The notes below the pieces were generated by a model. The model did not search any database and was not told the DNA's origin. It saw nothing but the letters and a program-made list of their open reading frames with translations. DNA of 64,000 nucleotides, from the NCBI GenBank assembly GCA_947260025.1, contig CAMYON010000029.1, forward strand, positions 10,243-74,242, given 5' to 3'. The stretch's first letter is position 1; each line of letters begins with the position of its first letter. Source of the DNA: an uncultured Gammaproteobacteria bacterium (lineage in GTDB: Bacteria > Pseudomonadota > Gammaproteobacteria > GCA-001735895). This document shows, piece by piece, positions 59,280 through 64,000 of the stretch. Both the position numbers and the translations under genes were made by a program.

Positions 59280-61033
59280 TATTCGTCGCCTACCCACTGT
59301 TTCATCACGTTAGCCACCCGCGCCGGATCGTCCATTACCATCGAACGGGCCATATCTATTTTCTGTTCGTAAGTTGCATCCTTACGGCGGACCATCGCCG
59401 CAGGACTATTGGGATCTTCGGAGAGATTGGGAATTCCGATTCCACCCGCGCCCGGGTACTGTCCCGCCATGGCCGGCTGCATCGGAACCGGGGTACCCAG
59501 GTTCTGCGCCGCTTCACCTTCCGCAGCCGCCGGCGATTCGGCGTTTTTGAGCGACAGCGAACGCATCAACGGACGCACAAAGATAAAGTAAACCAGGATC
59601 ACGCCAATCGCGCCGAGCACCTGCTTGATCAGGTTGACGATCCAGGCTTCGCTTAACAGGCTTTGCCAGGCCGGAACTTCCTCGACCACCGGGGCCTCGA
59701 CTTCCAGAAACGAGGCGTTGATCACGCTGACGGTATCGCCTCGATTTTCGTCGAAGCCTATGGTTTCCTTGACCAGGTTGACGAAACGCTCGATTTCCTC
59801 GTCACTGTAAGGCGTCTTGCTGACGCTGCCGTCGTCCGCGGTTACGCGTTTATCGTCGATCACAACCGCAACCGACAGGCGCTGTATGGTACCGACCGGG
59901 TTACTGGTATGGCTGATAATGCGGTCGACCTCGTAGTTGCGGGTCGCCGAACGATTCTGGTTCGTGGGAATATCTGCACCGGGTGCCGCACCGGCATCGT
60001 CCACGGTAGCCGGCTCGATGGTTCCGGCCGCGGGCGGCTGATTGCTGAGCGCGCCCGGAATCCCGAGTGCCTGTGACAGGCTGCGGTTTTCCTCTTCACT
60101 AATCTGTTCGCTGCGAATAACGCTGCGTTCCGGATCGAACGCCTCGCGCGTCGATTCGACCGCGGAGAAATCGAGCTGTGCCGCGACCTGGGCGTTGACA
60201 TTACCCTGGCCAACAATCGGCTGCAGCAGGTTGATAATCCGATCGACGAAGTTGTCCTCGAGCTTGCGCGTGTAGTCGTAATGGCGCGTGGTCTGGGACA
60301 TGCCTTCGTCTGCGTCATCGGTTAACAGGCGTCCGAACTGATCGACAACCTTAACCTGCGAACTTTCCAGCATCGGGATACTGGAGGCGATCATTTGCAC
60401 GATGGCTTCAACCTGTCCCGCGTTCAGCACCCGTCCCGGATACAGCTTGACCACCACCGAAGCGCTTGGCCTGGTGCGGTTACGGATAAAAATCGACTGT
60501 TCCGGTATCGCCAGATGAATGCGCGCCTTTTCCACCGACCGTATCGACTCCACCGAGCGCACCAGCTCGGCTTCCAGGGCGTGTTTGTAACGCGCATTTT
60601 CCATAAACTGGCTGGTACCGATTCCCTGCTCCTCTTGCAACATCTCCATACCGGCGTTGTTACCGCCGTTTAATCCCTGTGAAGCGAGCAGCAAACGAGC
60701 TTCCGATATCCTGGTCTGGTCGACCAGCAGGTTGCCGCTGGTGGCGTCCAGTTTGAAGTCGATGTTGCGCGACATTAGCGCGTCGGCGGCCTGGGACGCA
60801 TCCTTACCTGACATATTGCTGTATAGCGGCGCGTAGTTCGGTTCCGCCGACCACAACACCACTACCATGCCGATCGCGATGGCGCCCGCCAGTCCGATCA
60901 GCTTGGTGAAATGGCGCACCGCGCGCGACTGCGCCACGGCATCGATTGGATTGATCTGGCGCGGCGCGACCGCAACCATGCCCTGTCCGTCCGCACCCGC
61001 CAGTGCCTGCTGATTCATACCCGCTTCAGCCAT
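59279..61033 (-). CDS. fliF: Flagellar MS-ring protein FliF
   Basis: ALEAELVRS, ARIHLAIP, GIPGALSN, RLSVAVV. Confidence 0.97.
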   Translation of the reverse strand: MAEAGMNQQALAGADGQGMVAVAPRQINPIDAVAQSRAVRHFTKLIGLAGAIAIGMVVVLWSAEPNYAPLYSNMSGKDASQAADALMSRNIDFKLDATSGNLLVDQTRISEARLLLASQGLNGGNNAGMEMLQEEQGIGTSQFMENARYKHALEAELVRSVESIRSVEKARIHLAIPEQSIFIRNRTRPSASVVVKLYPGRVLNAGQVEAIVQMIASSIPMLESSQVKVVDQFGRLLTDDADEGMSQTTRHYDYTRKLEDNFVDRIINLLQPIVGQGNVNAQVAAQLDFSAVESTREAFDPERSVIRSEQISEEENRSLSQALGIPGALSNQPPAAGTIEPATVDDAGAAPGADIPTNQNRSATRNYEVDRIISHTSNPVGTIQRLSVAVVIDDKRVTADDGSVSKTPYSDEEIERFVNLVKETIGFDENRGDTVSVINASFLEVEAPVVEEVPAWQSLLSEAWIVNLIKQVLGAIGVILVYFIFVRPLMRSLSLKNAESPAAAEGEAAQNLGTPVPMQPAMAGQYPGAGGIGIPNLSEDPNSPAAMVRRKDATYEQKIDMARSMVMDDPARVANVMKQWVGDE

Positions 61034-61036
61034 GGT

Positions 61037-61357
61037 TTATACCGCCATGTTCATGACGTCCTGATAAGCGCTCAGGAGTTTGTTACGGACCTGGCTCAGG
61101 GCTTCGAAAGATACACGCGATTTCTGCACCGCGATCATGACCTGCGACAGATCCACATTCTCCCCCAGTTCAAAAGCCTGTCTCAGCGAGGAAGCCTGCA
61201 TCTGGGTCTCGTTGACCTGGTCGATTGCCTGCTGCATCAACTCGCCGAAATTCGTACCCTGCTCGGTCCTGATTTCGGGCTGCACCTGCTGGCTCCTGGC
61301 CATCGCTTCGAGCGCCTGCATCTGGTTCAGTAAATGATTCTGTGTCTTGCTAATCAT
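61037..61357 (-). CDS. fliE: Flagellar hook-basal body protein FliE
   Basis: QVRNKLLSAYQDVMNM. Confidence 0.96.
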   Translation of the reverse strand: MISKTQNHLLNQMQALEAMARSQQVQPEIRTEQGTNFGELMQQAIDQVNETQMQASSLRQAFELGENVDLSQVMIAVQKSRVSFEALSQVRNKLLSAYQDVMNMAV

Positions 61358-61372
61358 GAAATACCCCTATCG

Positions 61373-61499
61373 GACAATTTCTTGACGAATTTGGCCCCGT
61401 TACTCGTTTGGGACCTAAAACCGTTAACTTTTTGACATTCTGTCGTTGAATCCAGCCATCCCCTGGCCCTTTTATTACTAGTCAGCAACAATCGCGCCA
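61373..61499 (-). promoter_or_regulatory. Sigma54 promoter of fliE with downstream FleQ-like boxes
   Basis: TGGCGC-GATTG-TTGCT (61484-61499); GACAATTTCTTGAC (61373-61386) and GTTAACTTTTTGAC (61423-61436) in the leader. Confidence 0.75.
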
Positions 61500-61547
61500 A
61501 CTTGGCGTAAATCTTCTATGTAAACCGGGTTTTACGTCGGTACACCG

Positions 61548-62876
61548 TTATTCAGGTACCGGGGCGCCGGTCTCACGCAGTTTGGCAAGCTTGTAACGCA
61601 GCGTGCGCGGGCTGATGCCCAGTTTCTCCGCGGTCTTCTTGCGGCTGCCCTTGAACTGGCGCAGGGTCTCGAGAATGACTTCGGTTTCCCGACCACGCAG
61701 GTCCGAATGCAGCAGGCCGTTATCTTCCAGCTGCGGCTCGAGCGCAGCCTCCTCGATAACATTGCTTTCCAGCATGATGTCCTGCGGCTGAATTTCATTG
61801 CCCTGTTTCATGATCAGGGCACGCTGGATCACGTTGTCCAGCTCGCGCACGTTGCCAGGCCAGTTGTGCTGGCGCAGCACGTCGCAGGCTGCATCCGACA
61901 GCTGAATCGATTCGCCCGCAGCCCGGCCGTACTGTGCCAGTATCTTGTGCGCGATCGGCACGATATCGTCGGGGCGCTGGCGCAACGATGAAATCGTGAT
62001 CGGGAACACGTTGAGTCGATAAAACAGGTCTTCACGAAAATTCTTGTCACGCACTTCCTGGCGCAAATCGCAGTTAGTGGTGGCGATGATGCGCACGTCG
62101 AGTTCGATGATCTTGCTGCTGCCGAGACGTTCGACTTCCTTCTCCTGCAACACGCGCAGAATTTTTGCCTGCAGGCCGAGATCCATTTCGGTAATCTCAT
62201 CGAGCAGTAGCGTGCCGCCCTGGGCCTGCTCGAACTTGCCCATGGTGGCCTTGTGTGCACCGGTAAAGGCGCCCTTCTCGTAACCGAACAACACCGCCTC
62301 CAGCATGTTTTCCGGAATCGCGGCGCAATTGATGGCAACAAAGGGTTGCTCACTGCGCGCCGACTGCTGGTGGATGAACCTGGAGTAGACTTCCTTGCCC
62401 ACGCCGCTTTCGCCATTGAGCAAAACCGAGGCATCGGTCTGGGCGACGCGCTTCGCCATTACCAGCGTCTCCTGGCTCAGGCTGTCGACCGCTACCAGGC
62501 CATCGCCCGCAGGCAGTGGATGACGGATTTGTTTGCGTACGGTAGTGACCAGGCTGTTGACCTCGAACGGCTTCACCAGGTAATCGGCGGCGCCGGCCTG
62601 GATAGCGTCTACCGCCTGGGGAATCGAACCATAGGCGGTCATCAGGATCACCGGCACATCGATTTGATTCCTGCGAATGCTCGATAGCAGCTCGTAGCCA
62701 TTGCCCGGGCTCATCTGTACATCGCTGAGCACCAGTGAAGCCGAGTTACTCTCCAGGAAGCGTTCCGCGGCGCGACCGTTTTCGGCTTCATGGAAGCTGA
62801 TCTCGTTGAGCTGCAGCGTATCGCAGATCGCTTCGCGCAAATCGGCATCGTCTTCTACTACCAGTACATCTACCAT
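61548..62876 (-). CDS. fleR: Sigma54-dependent response regulator FleR/FlrC
   Basis: REC domain, AAA+ domain (GESGVGKE, GAFTGA), Fis HTH (ISPRTLRYKLAK). Confidence 0.93.
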   Translation of the reverse strand: MVDVLVVEDDADLREAICDTLQLNEISFHEAENGRAAERFLESNSASLVLSDVQMSPGNGYELLSSIRRNQIDVPVILMTAYGSIPQAVDAIQAGAADYLVKPFEVNSLVTTVRKQIRHPLPAGDGLVAVDSLSQETLVMAKRVAQTDASVLLNGESGVGKEVYSRFIHQQSARSEQPFVAINCAAIPENMLEAVLFGYEKGAFTGAHKATMGKFEQAQGGTLLLDEITEMDLGLQAKILRVLQEKEVERLGSSKIIELDVRIIATTNCDLRQEVRDKNFREDLFYRLNVFPITISSLRQRPDDIVPIAHKILAQYGRAAGESIQLSDAACDVLRQHNWPGNVRELDNVIQRALIMKQGNEIQPQDIMLESNVIEEAALEPQLEDNGLLHSDLRGRETEVILETLRQFKGSRKKTAEKLGISPRTLRYKLAKLRETGAPVPE

Positions 62877-62906
62877 GGTTTAACTCCGTTCGTGTCTACT
62901 TGTTGC

Positions 62907-63998
62907 TTAAGAATTGCTGACCTGGGTTTTCATCGCCTGCCGGCAAGGCAGGAAAATGCGGAAACGGCAACCCCGGCCGGGGCGCGAATAGACCGCGATG
63001 CGGCCCTGGTGCGATTCGATCACTGCCTTGACGACCGCGAGGCCAAGCCCGGTGCCGTCGGTCTTGGTACTGAAAAAGGGGTCAAAGATATGCGCTCGGG
63101 TTTCAGGGTCCATGCCACAGCCGTTATCCCTGATCGAAATCGACAACAGGCCGTGCAGCGTGGTGGCGACGCCGATCTCGATACGGGGATTACGCGCGCA
63201 GGCCTGCAGCGCATTCATACACAGATTGGCGAGCGCACCGAGCAACGCATCCTTGTTGCCCTGCAGCTCGAGATCGCAATCCTCGCCATCGAGCTTCAAC
63301 ACCGCGCCACGTTGCTGCAGCTGCGGCATAAGCTGTTCGTAGAGCTCGTTAAATAACTCGTTAACGGCAAAACGGGTGGTTACGAACTGGCCGCCATGCG
63401 CAAATACCAGCATGTCGTTGATCAGCTTTTCGATGTGTCGATTACGCGCCAGCGCTTTTTCGCAAAACGCCTGGCCGGTTGCCTGGTCGAGCTTGCCGTC
63501 GACGCATTGCGACAGGTAAAGCATCGACGAGGCCAGCGGGGTTCGTATCTGGTGCGCGAGACTGGCCATCATCTTGCCCATGGTCACCAGGTGCAGGTTT
63601 TGCTGCGCGGTCCGCTGCAGCTCGCGTGTTTGCGTGACATCGCTGAGCAACAATACCTGTCCCGGGGCATAACCCAACGGGCGAGTCGATATACTGAACT
63701 GCCGTCCGTCGGCGGTCTGTAGCTCACCCTGGTCGAGCTCTGGCAGGAACACCCGTTGCACGATGTCGCGCCAGGCCTGTCGCTCCAACGACGAGCCCAG
63801 CAACTCGCGCGCGCTCTCATTTGCCTCGGCAACCTGGCCGTGGCGATCGAGCACGACAACACCACCCGGAATTGCATCCAGCAACCGCGGATTGACGTCC
63901 TCGCGCGACCTTGCAGCGGGCTCTATGCGATCGACGTTCTGGTTGATCTGATCGACGCTGGCATTGAGTTGCGCGGACAGGCGGTTGAACTGATCGAA
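62907..63998 (-). CDS. fleS: PAS sensor histidine kinase FleS/FlrB (start beyond right window edge)
   Basis: H-box LAHQIRTPL, G-box GTGLGL; frame stays open to the edge. Confidence 0.92.
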   Translation of the reverse strand, partial: FDQFNRLSAQLNASVDQINQNVDRIEPAARSREDVNPRLLDAIPGGVVVLDRHGQVAEANESARELLGSSLERQAWRDIVQRVFLPELDQGELQTADGRQFSISTRPLGYAPGQVLLLSDVTQTRELQRTAQQNLHLVTMGKMMASLAHQIRTPLASSMLYLSQCVDGKLDQATGQAFCEKALARNRHIEKLINDMLVFAHGGQFVTTRFAVNELFNELYEQLMPQLQQRGAVLKLDGEDCDLELQGNKDALLGALANLCMNALQACARNPRIEIGVATTLHGLLSISIRDNGCGMDPETRAHIFDPFFSTKTDGTGLGLAVVKAVIESHQGRIAVYSRPGRGCRFRIFLPCRQAMKTQVSNS

Positions 63999-64000
63999 GG

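Overview
Core chromosome of a GC-rich gammaproteobacterium. Left to right it holds: smc (runs off the left edge); queF-cysZ; a metallophosphoesterase, an M23 peptidase, yfaZ-like and ParA-like genes; the rlmN-pilW-rodZ-hisS-yfgM-bamB-der operon (no ndk or ispG in it); a Campylobacterota-like thrC; hom-arsN2-MFS; surE-pcm-yqaA-nlpD-rpoS; smr; ybbAP-relA-dusA; tesA; a stand-alone ispG; a sigma54-driven diguanylate cyclase-STAS-PilZ module facing away from a sigma28-driven second fliK/flhB-C pair; and a Pseudomonas/Vibrio-type polar flagellar cluster (fleSR, fliE-K, fliL-R, flhBAF, fleN, fliA, cheY, with no cheZ/cheA). The most striking unexplained signal is non-coding. Four copies of one highly structured element occur as two inverted, length-matched pairs (195+195 bp at 4449-5060; 108+108 bp at 20953-21429), each pair between convergent genes. 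Every copy has a 25-bp stem whose centre differs between copies but stays base-paired, plus conserved junction sequences. The long copies also carry two AYGGAY/ANGGA-loop hairpins (TwoAYGGAY/CsrA-site-like). Three genes (bamB, rpoS, flhA) are frameshifted, which may be real lesions or assembly errors. No rRNA, tRNA, CRISPR array, integrase or transposase was recognised. All calls come from reading the sequence and recalled family motifs; no database search was run.
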